Below the pieces are notes generated by a model. The model saw only the letters and a program-made list of their open reading frames with translations. It ran no database searches and was not told where the DNA came from. Shown piece by piece: positions 29,287 to 38,967 of a stretch of 64,000 nucleotides of DNA. The position numbers and the translations under genes are program-made. How positions within the stretch are numbered: position 1 is the first letter of the stretch; each line of letters begins with the position of its first letter. Origin of the DNA: a virus. Its lineage: Duplodnaviria; Caudoviricetes. The stretch lies in the IMG/VR virus record IMGVR_UViG_3300011890_000001, positions 32,001 to 96,000 of that record; one strand, 5' to 3'.

Positions 29287-29676
29287 ATGAACAAGATCTT
29301 TACTGTTCTGCTGATCCTGATCGCCATCGCGGTCGCCCCGAATGCCAATGCCTCGCAGGATTGGCCGAACTGCCGTCAACCGGCCACGGTCAACCAACTG
29401 TTCAACTACTTCAACAACGCTGGCCAGGGTAACCAGTCCTGGACCCAGTACCTGCAAAACAACGTGACCTTCGTGGGGGCCCGGTTCGTGAAGGCTGGTC
29501 ACCGCGGTAATGGCGACTACTCGCTCACCACCTGTGCTGCTGATTTCCAGGTGGTGGCGCCGAACGGTCAGGTCGTTGTTTGGACCCAGACGTACGTCGT
29601 GCGCCACGGTCAGCTGTACGACATCAACCCGGCCGACGCCGGGCGCTTTGCCAATCAACTGATGGCAATGCGTTGA
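29287..29676 (+). CDS. secreted protein with Sec signal peptide
   Basis: MNKIFTVLLILIAIAVAPNANA signal; two Cys. Confidence 0.75.
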   Translation: MNKIFTVLLILIAIAVAPNANASQDWPNCRQPATVNQLFNYFNNAGQGNQSWTQYLQNNVTFVGARFVKAGHRGNGDYSLTTCAADFQVVAPNGQVVVWTQTYVVRHGQLYDINPADAGRFANQLMAMR

Positions 29677-29807
29677 TCGCCGAACTGTAGACGGCAGCCC
29701 TTACCGGCTGCCGTCTACTTATGCTGTCGATTCCCCATACCCCTACACCGGTGGGGTTATTGGGAAACGACAGTTTCACTCATCCATGTCAAACAAGGAG
29801 TTTTACC

Positions 29808-30605
29808 ATGATCAAGTTCGAACTCAACAAAGAATGCTTCGACAAGCTGTTCACTGCTTTCAAAAATCCCACTGAAGTCACGTCTTTCAGTGACCTCGAC
29901 CATGAGGTCCTGGTCGGCAAAAAGTGCATTGCCGGCTATAGCGTCAACGGTGAGAAAACGATCCTGGCCTGCGGGCCGGGCTATGGTTTTTATTTCGGCC
30001 CCACTGCGGAAGGTGACATCCTCGTCACCCTGCTGCGTGGCGAGGAGTTGGTACAGGAAGTCCCGGCGAGTCAATTGACCGAGAATGAGATATCGGTCAT
30101 CCGCGGCGTATTCCTGAGTTCGGGTAACTTCGAGACCACTCACCCGATGCTGAGGGATATTCCGAAGTTTTTCTCAGGTTCTGGTCTGACCGAAGAAGAA
30201 TACCAGACCCGGAAGGAACAAGTCGCAACCCTGGGTGGGCGTGTGCGCCGTATCAAGGCTGTCGTCGACGTCCCCACTTACCGGGCAGTGCTCGGTAAGC
30301 TCCAGCGCCAGCAAAACTCGGTGATCACCCTGAGTGACTGGGACGCGATTGAGGCGACCATGGTCGCGTACACTGGGCCAGACGTGGCGCTGATCGAATC
30401 GGCAAATGAAGGACTGTCGGGAGTGCTGATCCCCTATGCCGGATCCTCGATCCTGGTGCGGGAGGTCAATGGTGTACTCTACTTCGACCAGTGTGTGGTG
30501 CGCGACGGAAAGCTGGCGGGTGTGGATATCCTGACTGCCGACAAGCTGCCGTCCCACATCAGTTACGGTATCTCGCAGGCGTTCGCGGAAGTCATTGCCT
30601 CCTAA
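29808..30605 (+). CDS. hypothetical early protein
   Basis: AAGGAG RBS inside a GTCAAAC hairpin. Confidence 0.7.
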   Translation: MIKFELNKECFDKLFTAFKNPTEVTSFSDLDHEVLVGKKCIAGYSVNGEKTILACGPGYGFYFGPTAEGDILVTLLRGEELVQEVPASQLTENEISVIRGVFLSSGNFETTHPMLRDIPKFFSGSGLTEEEYQTRKEQVATLGGRVRRIKAVVDVPTYRAVLGKLQRQQNSVITLSDWDAIEATMVAYTGPDVALIESANEGLSGVLIPYAGSSILVREVNGVLYFDQCVVRDGKLAGVDILTADKLPSHISYGISQAFAEVIAS

Positions 30606-30693
30606 GCGACATAGCTCCCTACGCCCGCAAGGGCGTAGGGAGCGTTAATCGTGCTTTTTTTTTTAGATATCGCCGGTGGCCATTTGACCCTCC

Positions 30694-32733
30694 TTAGAAA
30701 CCATCGCGTTCCATGAGACTCTCCATTGCGTAGTTGAAGTCACGAACAATCTGTGGGTAAGTTTCCAGCGATTCCAATGAAGACACGTATCCGTTCAGCA
30801 CTTCATCGGCGTCACCATTGTAGTCCACGCCCATTATGGAACGGACCTGTTCGCGGGACCACTCCAGGATGTCCTTAGATCGGGTGGAGATGTTCGGCTC
30901 CTTGCCGGTGTCCAGATAGACATAGACGTACTTCACCGGGGTGTCCTGACCCAGACGGTCGATACGGGCCTTGGCCTGCACGAGTTCGTGGTCACGGAAA
31001 GGTACGTTCAGGAAGATCTCCTGATCGGCCATCACGAGCGGCACAGCGGTCGACAGAGACGGGAACGTAGCCACCAGGGGGTTGACGTTCGGGTCCTTAT
31101 CAAACGCCCCTACGTTGGACGCCAGATTCTTATTGGTGGCACCGTAAACCAACATCGGTTCCATCCCAGCCTGACGCAGTACGCGATCGCACTCCTTCAC
31201 CACTTCGACGTAGCTGGTAAAGATTACCGTCTTCTTTTCAGCGGCCTTCATGATTTCAGCAAAGTTGATCTGCTTGATCATGGCCACGTGAAGTTCGGAG
31301 CGAGCCTTACCCAGCACGTTGCCGAGCGCCTCGCCCATAACTTTAAGGTTGACGTATTTGATGACAGACTTTGCGCCGACAAACAGCTTGCGTTCCTCAT
31401 TGGAAAGCTTCGGCATGATCCGTTCTTTCTCATAGCGGTTAGCAAACTTCATCTGATCGCCAGTATAGCGCGGGTCAGGAGTTTCCTTCACGATCTGGAC
31501 GCACTTCTTGTAGAGCGTGTACTGCTCCTTATCGAGCTCGTCCATATTGCGTTCGAAGTGTTTCAAGCATCGCTCATAGACGTCTTCGTACTGCTTGTAG
31601 TTCTTCTTGTAGTACTCGGTCCGTTCGGCGATGTACTTGGTCATCTTGTCGCGCATGGCGTCCAGCGTGAATTCCCGACCATTGGGAATCTTCACGTCGA
31701 TGCGGATCTCGGTGGGTTTGTTATCCACCACATCAGACTTCTCAACGCGGTAGTTGATAAAGCCCATGCGGTTACGCAGGATGTCCAAAGCGCGCTTGGC
31801 GTTGACGCCAAAGATCTTCTTGAAGCGTTCCTCAACCGCCGGCGTGAACAGCGGGTCGATCGAGCGCAGCAGCGGAATGCTCTCACCACCCAACGCCTTG
31901 ATCGGCGTGCCGGATGCCCAGATGATGTTTTCACTCTTGGTTGCCTTACACAGGTCCAAGAAGAAGTTGGTGCGCTGAGCATTGACTTCGTTGAAGTTAT
32001 GTGATTCATCAAGAATCACAGTCACCTTACCGTTCAGGCGCTTTGCTTCCGGGATGAGCTTTTCCAGTGCTTCGTAGTGTGCCAGCAATACGCGCTGGCC
32101 CTTGTAGGGGAGCCCGCTGGCGGCCATCCACACTTCCTGCGGCTTCTTGTACTCTTCCTTCAGTGTGTGGTTCCAAACGCGATCCACGGCGTTCTTGGGC
32201 GATATCACGACGATGTAATCCGAATGTACCATCTCGGCAATCATCAAATCCATCAACGTCTTACCAGAACCTGCACCTGCGGCCAACAGGAAGCCGTTCA
32301 GGCCCAGACGACTGGTGCCAATCTCATACTGATCAAAGAACTCAGTCTGATGCGGCATTGGGGTCTTGTGGAACAGCGAGAGCTTGGAGCGATCCAGCTT
32401 TTCCCCAGTGGGCTGCTGCGCAGTGATCTGGGACAGCCAGGTGTTTTCTTCAAGCTGCTTGATAGCCGACTGGAGTGCCGAGCGGCTGGTCCAGTTGCGC
32501 TTGTTCTTCAGCATCGTCTGAAGCATGTAATGCATTTCAAGCGCGAAGAACAAGTCAAATTCGATCGTGCGACCATCGAACTTGCGGAACATAAACTTGG
32601 CGATCTTCGACGTATTCCAAGTCGTCTCGATGTCGCGTTTGAGCGTCTGGGTGGCCATACCGCCAATCTGGATGGTTTCGCCCTTTGGATTGACGTGAAC
32701 GATGCCTAGCATCTTCTTGAAAAAGTTAGCCAT
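30694..32733 (-). CDS. SF2 (SNF2-like) helicase
   Basis: AGAGSGKT (I), LDESH (II), SGTP (III), QAKARIDRLGQ (VI). Confidence 0.9.
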   Translation of the reverse strand: MANFFKKMLGIVHVNPKGETIQIGGMATQTLKRDIETTWNTSKIAKFMFRKFDGRTIEFDLFFALEMHYMLQTMLKNKRNWTSRSALQSAIKQLEENTWLSQITAQQPTGEKLDRSKLSLFHKTPMPHQTEFFDQYEIGTSRLGLNGFLLAAGAGSGKTLMDLMIAEMVHSDYIVVISPKNAVDRVWNHTLKEEYKKPQEVWMAASGLPYKGQRVLLAHYEALEKLIPEAKRLNGKVTVILDESHNFNEVNAQRTNFFLDLCKATKSENIIWASGTPIKALGGESIPLLRSIDPLFTPAVEERFKKIFGVNAKRALDILRNRMGFINYRVEKSDVVDNKPTEIRIDVKIPNGREFTLDAMRDKMTKYIAERTEYYKKNYKQYEDVYERCLKHFERNMDELDKEQYTLYKKCVQIVKETPDPRYTGDQMKFANRYEKERIMPKLSNEERKLFVGAKSVIKYVNLKVMGEALGNVLGKARSELHVAMIKQINFAEIMKAAEKKTVIFTSYVEVVKECDRVLRQAGMEPMLVYGATNKNLASNVGAFDKDPNVNPLVATFPSLSTAVPLVMADQEIFLNVPFRDHELVQAKARIDRLGQDTPVKYVYVYLDTGKEPNISTRSKDILEWSREQVRSIMGVDYNGDADEVLNGYVSSLESLETYPQIVRDFNYAMESLMERDGF

Positions 32734-32823
32734 GGTGGCAGTAATCCGTTGGTAAAGTCAGAGAATACGGTCATACCATTAGGTGACATAAACCCCTCCC
32801 CGAAGGGAGGGGTCTTTATGCCT

Positions 32824-34281
32824 TTAACGCCACTGCTTGTCGGCAGGTTCGCCAGTCAGGAACTTAGCAGGAGTTTCGCTATGTCGACCCTGGATGTTCA
32901 ATTCACCGTCTTCCTCATCGATGTACGACTCGATGATATACTTACCTGCGGCGATGTAAATGTAGCTACCGCCGTAGGTCGACGCAAACACCACCGGGTC
33001 CTTGAACTGCTTGGTAATCTTCAGCAATTTTTCGGTAGCTTCGATGACCTGCTTCGGGTCATGGACCTCCAGAGGACTTTCGCCAGACTCGGATCGGAAA
33101 GAACCGACGTAACGGTAGAGATCCGAAACCCCAGCACTGAGCGGATAGCCGAGCTTCTCACTCAGGTTAGCCAGAGCCTGATCGCCCACCGGCGTGTGTT
33201 TGACGTCGTTGTCCTTCAGAAGACCCAACAGACGTTTGGTGGCACTATCCGGTCCATCCTTACCACCAAAGCCGAACCAGCTCTCGAGAGAAATCCTGGC
33301 TTCGGTGGCGATCTCATATTGCCCCACGTCGACCGATTCGAAGATCCACACAAGCAGTGCTTCTTCCACCAGCTCCAGGTAGCTTCCAAGCGAGATAGCT
33401 GTTTCAGCCCATCCGTATTTGAAAGCCGTCCTCGGGATAACTAACTGATGAACATGCCCGTCCTCATCCATTTGTTCGTGAATGAATTCGATCAGGGCGC
33501 CCACCTTATCGTGTTCGGCTGATCCTTCGGTATATCCCCAAAGGGTCCCGTCGGGGCAAGGATCAGCCAGATCGCGGTTGACCTGGCAGAGGCTGTTGAT
33601 CTCGCGAATCAACTTACCGGCAGCGATAATCTCCGCGGTGGTGAGCGCAGGGATCTGAGGTACTGCTTCGACATCGATCTCCCCGTAACCCCAAAGCTGC
33701 GACTCACTGCTGTAATGGACACTGAATGCTGCCGGCATGCTGGGAAGAATCATCGGATCCAGCGATACTGGCGCTGTACGCCCAACGCACTTCAGAAGTT
33801 CCTGGTGAATACGCTTACGCAGATTCACCTCGCCCTTATCCCAGGTCTCTTTCAGTTCGGCCAATTTCAGGAGAGTTTCTTGGAAGCTCTTCAGATTAGC
33901 TGGATACGAGCTCTGCATGGCCTTGACGGCTTTGAGTGTCTGCGACAGGCGCTGATGGACCACGCTGAATGTGGTCTTCTCACCGTAAAGCTGTGCGGAG
34001 ACAAAACGACCTTCGACCAGCCCACTCTTAAGCGGGAGTTTGCGAATCTCAGTGACGTTCTGAAGAGCCTTCTCCATTGCACTGACTTTCGCATATTCTG
34101 CACGCGTCCACTCGTTGCGATTGGTCGGCGCCGTTGTCGGCGCCTCTTTGGCTTTTTTCTCCCTGTCACTTTTCATGAGACGGAAAAAGACCAAGGAGTC
34201 TTTCAACGTTTGGACAAAGCCCTCAGTGCTGACTACCGGTCCGTTAACAGCAGTCAGAAAGGCTTCTTGTTTGTTGTTCAT
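32824..34281 (-). CDS. head-protein-like polypeptide with C-terminal SMI1/KNR4 (SUKH)-like domain
   Basis: N-terminal VSTE and internal ISLE sites; C-terminal LSEKLGYPLS..VSDLYRYVG...VVFASTYGGSYIYI. Confidence 0.55.
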   Translation of the reverse strand: MNNKQEAFLTAVNGPVVSTEGFVQTLKDSLVFFRLMKSDREKKAKEAPTTAPTNRNEWTRAEYAKVSAMEKALQNVTEIRKLPLKSGLVEGRFVSAQLYGEKTTFSVVHQRLSQTLKAVKAMQSSYPANLKSFQETLLKLAELKETWDKGEVNLRKRIHQELLKCVGRTAPVSLDPMILPSMPAAFSVHYSSESQLWGYGEIDVEAVPQIPALTTAEIIAAGKLIREINSLCQVNRDLADPCPDGTLWGYTEGSAEHDKVGALIEFIHEQMDEDGHVHQLVIPRTAFKYGWAETAISLGSYLELVEEALLVWIFESVDVGQYEIATEARISLESWFGFGGKDGPDSATKRLLGLLKDNDVKHTPVGDQALANLSEKLGYPLSAGVSDLYRYVGSFRSESGESPLEVHDPKQVIEATEKLLKITKQFKDPVVFASTYGGSYIYIAAGKYIIESYIDEEDGELNIQGRHSETPAKFLTGEPADKQWR

Positions 34282-34293
34282 TACGACTCCTTA

Positions 34294-35226
34294 TTACTTA
34301 CCAATGGAGCGATTGACGTAGAGCATGAGGGCATTCACACCATCGGCATGCGCCTTTTCAATACAGTAAGAAATCCAGCCCCAGGTATCGTTATGGTAGT
34401 TGTGACTGAAGTGGTCGGCCTCAGGCTCGTCTAGAAATGCCTGCCAAAGGTCGTCGGACTTTTCCTCATCGCCCGGCAGATTACCCTCATAGTCGTAGGG
34501 TCGCGGAAAACTATTGTTCGCTCCCAACTCTTTCTTCATGGAGGAGAAGTAGTCTTGGAGAAACCCACCTACTTCCTTGACTTGGTCGCGCGTCAGTGCA
34601 GGGATGCTCTGCGGTCCGGTGGCATGGTTCTCAGTGACTTCGCATGCGCCTCGCTTCTCGATGACCTTTAGTCCGCCTAGAATGTCGCTCAGGTCGCGAC
34701 TATAGAGACTGCCAGGTAGGGGTAGCGGCTTGAGCATCTTTACCAACGCATCACAGGCTGCTTCGGTGTTGTCCATCTGGACGCACTTATCCCAAGCGGC
34801 ATTGGCTTTGACGATCACTGGCTTGTACTTACCCCAGAAGTCGGCATCAATCTTACCGGCCTTGTCAAGACTCTTTTTAAACACAGAGAGTACCTTACCG
34901 TCAAAGCGACCGTTGGTACTCAAAGGTCCGACAATGCCGCTGCCCGACACCGAACCCTCAATGAACTTTTGCTTGTCCAGCCATTTGTCATTGAGAAAGG
35001 TATTTTCGACGATATAGAGAGGGTCTTCGTTCTTTTTCGGAAAGAGCTTATCCCATGCGATGGCAGTGCCTTTCGAGATGCCGTTACCGATGGCATCGCA
35101 AAGTTTGTTGGCGGCCTTACCGACAATCTGTACTGCCGCCATGAGGGCGATCAAGCCGCCAATCATGCCGAGCACACCGACAATACTTTCCATGGAGGCG
35201 TTAAAGTGATTATTTCGTTTGTTCAT
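34294..35226 (-). CDS. phiKZ-like head protein with N-terminal ASME site and hydrophobic helix
   Basis: ASMES then a TM-like segment; SIPALTRDQV matches QIPALTTAEI of 32824-34281. Confidence 0.6.
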   Translation of the reverse strand: MNKRNNHFNASMESIVGVLGMIGGLIALMAAVQIVGKAANKLCDAIGNGISKGTAIAWDKLFPKKNEDPLYIVENTFLNDKWLDKQKFIEGSVSGSGIVGPLSTNGRFDGKVLSVFKKSLDKAGKIDADFWGKYKPVIVKANAAWDKCVQMDNTEAACDALVKMLKPLPLPGSLYSRDLSDILGGLKVIEKRGACEVTENHATGPQSIPALTRDQVKEVGGFLQDYFSSMKKELGANNSFPRPYDYEGNLPGDEEKSDDLWQAFLDEPEADHFSHNYHNDTWGWISYCIEKAHADGVNALMLYVNRSIGK

Positions 35227-35291
35227 GTTTAGTTACCTAACATATCAAAAGGGTTATGACATATCATTCAGCGTCCGTTAACCACATCGTA

Positions 35292-35328
35292 AATAAAAAA
35301 ATCTCGCGACCATATAGTAGCCATGAAC
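35292..35328 (+). promoter_or_regulatory. Putative early promoter
   Basis: A-tract-TCTCGCGAC-CATATAGT. Confidence 0.65.
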
Positions 35329-35363
35329 CGTCGCAACCAAAACCCTATCAAAGGAGGGTCACT

Positions 35364-35576
35364 GTGGACAAGCGTAGTGAATTGAACCAAGCGATCCGTC
35401 GCCTACCGCGCCCTCTGGCGCGTGAGCTAAAGTACTATCGTGACAAGCTGGAACGCAATGCCAAGAAGCGCGGCGCGTTCCTCAACGTCAAGAAGTCGCC
35501 CACCGGTCTGTCGGTGGAGGCTGAGGATACCGTCGAGAAATGTCTCGAATGGATCCACGAACACACCAAGCAGTAA
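35364..35576 (+). CDS. small basic hypothetical protein
   Basis: AGGAGG RBS before GTG. Confidence 0.65.
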   Translation: MDKRSELNQAIRRLPRPLARELKYYRDKLERNAKKRGAFLNVKKSPTGLSVEAEDTVEKCLEWIHEHTKQ

Positions 35577-35613
35577 CCTCTCTCTTCGTCCTCTGTTAAA
35601 CTCAGGAGTTGAT

Positions 35614-35973
35614 ATGCGCAAGATCGTTTCCGGCCTCGAAGGTCAGGCACTCAATGTACTCTTTGAAGACGCCCACCGCCTTGGCACGTCGCCCGACATC
35701 AATGACCTGTCCGGGTTGCTCTGCTCGGTGCGGTTCGCCAACCTCGCCCCGGCGAACTATCGATATTCCAGTCGCCATTACGACGTTCTGATCGTCAGCG
35801 ACGGCTGGCGGTCGAAGTTCTACGTCCGGAATCAGTTGGGCTACTGGGCCCAGGTTGGTAGCTTCGACGGTCAACGCGAACTCTCTCGCCACGTCGGCCC
35901 CGCCGCCCCGCCGTACCAGGCTCGCTTCGTGCGAGTCCCCACCCCTCACGTGGAAGTGCATATCCACGTATAA
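35614..35973 (+). CDS. hypothetical protein
   Basis: AGGAG RBS. Confidence 0.65.
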   Translation: MRKIVSGLEGQALNVLFEDAHRLGTSPDINDLSGLLCSVRFANLAPANYRYSSRHYDVLIVSDGWRSKFYVRNQLGYWAQVGSFDGQRELSRHVGPAAPPYQARFVRVPTPHVEVHIHV

Positions 35974-36071
35974 GAAGTCTAATCGAACACCTTCGCTCCA
36001 CATCGGGGTGAGGGTGTTCTATTTAGATTTTTCCCCGCAGTAACCTTCCCTGTCAAACAAGGAGCAATACC

Positions 36072-36380
36072 ATGAACGTCGATACCCTGCTGGCCACCCT
36101 GATCCTCTGCGCCAACATTGGCGCAGCTGTCTTTTCGGTAGTTTCTGTTCTCTCTGACCGCCGTGATCCGGAGGCGTTGATCGCTTCGGTACTGCCGCTG
36201 TGGGCAATTGCCCTAACGGTGGTAGTGGCCGTTGGCTTTGCGCTGGCCATGACCACCAAAGACCTGTACTATACCGCACTGGCCTCGGTGGCTGGCGTTG
36301 CCGTCTACGCCTGCGTGGCTGTTTGCCTGCAGCGCTATATCGTAGCCCGTCTGTCGCAGTACGGCTACCGTCTGTCCTGA
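36072..36380 (+). CDS. 3-TM membrane protein
   Basis: Three hydrophobic helices; leader shares CCCTGTCAAACAAGGAGCAATACC with the cassette. Confidence 0.7.
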   Translation: MNVDTLLATLILCANIGAAVFSVVSVLSDRRDPEALIASVLPLWAIALTVVVAVGFALAMTTKDLYYTALASVAGVAVYACVAVCLQRYIVARLSQYGYRLS

Positions 36381-36442
36381 TTTATAGAAGTTGTACCCCG
36401 GGACACGAAGTCCCATTTTCCTTGTCAAACTTGGAGCTTAAG

Positions 36443-37384
36443 ATGGAAAAGGTTGTAATCGTTGGTCTTCGGCCGCGTCAGCTGACCGAAGTGGTTAACA
36501 AGAAAATCACCCACAACGGCGAGCGTATTGAAATCGCCGGCGTGGTGCCGGAAGAAGCCACTCCCGGCGTGGTGGCACGGGCCTGCAAGGGCGCAAACCG
36601 TGTCATCGTCATGACCGGTCACGTGCCCACCCCGGCCGCCGATGCCGTACCGGCCGCCCTGCGTACCAATATCAGCGGTGCCGCCTCGGCGGTGGTTCGA
36701 CAGCTGACCAAGTGGTACGGTGAGCCGCACACCGTGATGGCGGCGAAAAAGTCCGCCAGCAAGAACGTGACCAAGGTGGTCGCGCCGACCAAGTCGGTCA
36801 CTGGCCCGGCACCGCGTCTGAAGCGTACGGACTTCCAGCTCGGTGCGATCATGCCCGAACTGGTCGGCCTGAAACTGAAGACCGAAATCCCGGAAGGTCA
36901 TGACAGTAAGTATGACCCGAAGGACTTCGAGGCGCTCGCCCCCATCGTGCCGCACGGCGACCTGGTTCCGGCCACGGTGCACTGCAGCGCGCCGAAGATG
37001 CGACTGCTCAAGCCGGCAACCACTCCGGCGCCGGTTTGGGTTGAACGTGTGTCGAAGTATCTGCACCACCTCCACCTGGCAACCGGCCGCGTGTATGAGG
37101 TGCATTACTTCGCCGACTACACGGACATCCTCTGGGTGGACACCATCGACTGGGCAGAGCAGGCTGCTTTCAGTGAAAGCATGCAGACTGCGCCTGAGCC
37201 GGCGACCGAAGTGGTCGACACGGATCATGCCGACAAGCTCGCTAACTACAAGTCGGATGACGATGTAGAACGTGAGCTCTGGGCCGACGTCTACGTCACT
37301 ACCTATCAGGACACCCGTAGCGCAGCTGCGGCCCTGAAGGAAGCTGACGAGGCTCTGGCACAGTTCCGCAAGCGCTTCAGCTGA
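36443..37384 (+). CDS. hypothetical protein (paralog of 49733-50869)
   Basis: Shared N-terminal alpha/beta start and C-terminal W..VY...A..A..A helix. Confidence 0.65.
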   Translation: MEKVVIVGLRPRQLTEVVNKKITHNGERIEIAGVVPEEATPGVVARACKGANRVIVMTGHVPTPAADAVPAALRTNISGAASAVVRQLTKWYGEPHTVMAAKKSASKNVTKVVAPTKSVTGPAPRLKRTDFQLGAIMPELVGLKLKTEIPEGHDSKYDPKDFEALAPIVPHGDLVPATVHCSAPKMRLLKPATTPAPVWVERVSKYLHHLHLATGRVYEVHYFADYTDILWVDTIDWAEQAAFSESMQTAPEPATEVVDTDHADKLANYKSDDDVERELWADVYVTTYQDTRSAAAALKEADEALAQFRKRFS

Positions 37385-37473
37385 CCAACAGCCCTACCGC
37401 ACCCGAAGGTGCGGTAGGGCTTTATCGCGATCCTTTATTTTTTCCCCAATCCTATGACGAGTAGTTTTCATTT

Positions 37474-38139
37474 ATGACACAGGGGTTTAAGTCTATGTTC
37501 GGCGTAGCGTTATTCGATAAAATGGAAGCCAAGGAGATCGTCAGACTCGTGTTGACCGCGATTGGCGGTCTGCTCTGTCTGGCCGTTTTCGTGTGGGGCT
37601 GTAAGGGCCTGTATGACATGGGCTACAACAAATCCAAGGAAAAGTACGAGGTCTACAAGACTCAGTACGACGCGTTGTTCGCTAAGCACGAACAATGGGT
37701 GGCTGACTCCAAAGCGGCACAGGAGCGCTATGAAGCCGACTCCAAGAAGTTCAACGAAGAACTGGAGCGTCGTCTCCAAGAGTTGACCGACGCAGCAAAG
37801 AAACCCGTCACAATTGAAAAGGTAACCGAATATGTTTCCGAAGAAGTTGATCGCAGCTACGCTCTGCCTACTGGTCTTGTCTGGCTGTACCGGGACTCGC
37901 TGGTGGAAAAAGCCTTCGCCAATCCCCGCACTGACCTTCCCGACCGCTACGCCCTCGATGCTGGAGCCCCGTCCCAGCTTGCGGTGTCCCAATTCGGACT
38001 CCTCGCTGCTTACAACAATACCGAGTGTCGAGTGCGAGGAGAGGTAATACAGGCCTGGCAGGACTGGTATTATTTCAACAAGGAAAAGTTTGACCAGGTC
38101 GTCAAAGACCAGGCGGCAAAGATCCCGGTGGTGAAGTAA
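37474..38139 (+). CDS. Rz-like inner-membrane spanin
   Basis: N-terminal TM, periplasmic coiled coil, C-terminal Cys/QDW segment; contains an embedded lipoprotein gene. Confidence 0.75.
   Translation: MTQGFKSMFGVALFDKMEAKEIVRLVLTAIGGLLCLAVFVWGCKGLYDMGYNKSKEKYEVYKTQYDALFAKHEQWVADSKAAQERYEADSKKFNEELERRLQELTDAAKKPVTIEKVTEYVSEEVDRSYALPTGLVWLYRDSLVEKAFANPRTDLPDRYALDAGAPSQLAVSQFGLLAAYNNTECRVRGEVIQAWQDWYYFNKEKFDQVVKDQAAKIPVVK
37832..38047 (+). CDS. Rz1-like outer-membrane lipoprotein spanin, embedded in the +1 frame
   Basis: MFPKKLIAATLCLLVLSGC lipobox; Pro-rich mature part with extra Cys. Confidence 0.8.
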   Translation: MFPKKLIAATLCLLVLSGCTGTRWWKKPSPIPALTFPTATPSMLEPRPSLRCPNSDSSLLTTIPSVECEER

Positions 38140-38157
38140 CAAAAGAGGAGAAACTGC

Positions 38158-38592
38158 GTGTACTGCGGACAGCTAACTGAAATACCCAAACAGCTGGAAC
38201 TCATTCCTGCGTCCAATGATGGGAAGGGTGACAATTTCCGCAACGAGCCTCTAGATGAGGCTGACGAAGATATCCTGAGCATGTCAGTGCTCTCCAAGAT
38301 CGCGCCGCCTAAGTTCAAGATCGGTGACCGTGTCTGGGCACAGCTAACGGCAGACGAGCTCGTGGCGCAGTTGGCGGAAGCCATTGATGACCCACTTTAC
38401 CTAGACGGGTGTTTGTCAGTAGTGATCGTGGGCCTGTGTCAAACGGTAGAAGGTACCCATTACCACATCGGGTATTGGGACGAGTTTACCAACGAAGTCA
38501 GTACCCTCTACGAAACATATCGAGAGTTCGAGCTCTTTTTGGAACATCCCGGACCGGTCAGACCGAAAGTGGTACTCAAAGTTGTAAAATGA
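38158..38592 (+). CDS. hypothetical protein with an SspB-XB-like C-terminal tail (RPKVVLKVVK)
   Basis: GAGGAG RBS; tail resembles the LRVVK ClpX-binding motif. Confidence 0.6.
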   Translation: MYCGQLTEIPKQLELIPASNDGKGDNFRNEPLDEADEDILSMSVLSKIAPPKFKIGDRVWAQLTADELVAQLAEAIDDPLYLDGCLSVVIVGLCQTVEGTHYHIGYWDEFTNEVSTLYETYREFELFLEHPGPVRPKVVLKVVK

Positions 38593-38636
38593 CGGCATAA
38601 AAGCCACGGAGGTTACCCTCCGTGGCTATATGTTGA

Positions 38637-38876
38637 TTAGCGCCTACTGCGACGGGTAGGGACCACCGTCAGCGAGTCGAGCGAGTAGTTGTGAAGAAAC
38701 AGAACGATACTGTTCATGTCTGCCGCAGCATACAGCTGCACTCCAGTCTTTTTCTTGCACAAACGGAAAGGTACTTCGCTACCGACCACCGTTTCTACGG
38801 TAACGAGCTTACGCTTTTGTTTGTACTCGGCAGATGCCTGGATTGCCTTGATTTGTGCGGAAACATCGGTGGACAT
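38637..38876 (-). CDS. small hypothetical protein
   Basis: Convergent with 38158-38592 across the bidirectional hairpin 38591-38633. Confidence 0.55.
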   Translation of the reverse strand: MSTDVSAQIKAIQASAEYKQKRKLVTVETVVGSEVPFRLCKKKTGVQLYAAADMNSIVLFLHNYSLDSLTVVPTRRSRR

Positions 38877-38967
38877 GGTTATTGCCTAGAGTTCTCGGTG
38901 TGTAGGTGAAAGGTTTCGAGGGTTGTAAAACATATGATTACTTATTTTTTTACATAGCGGTTAATCA

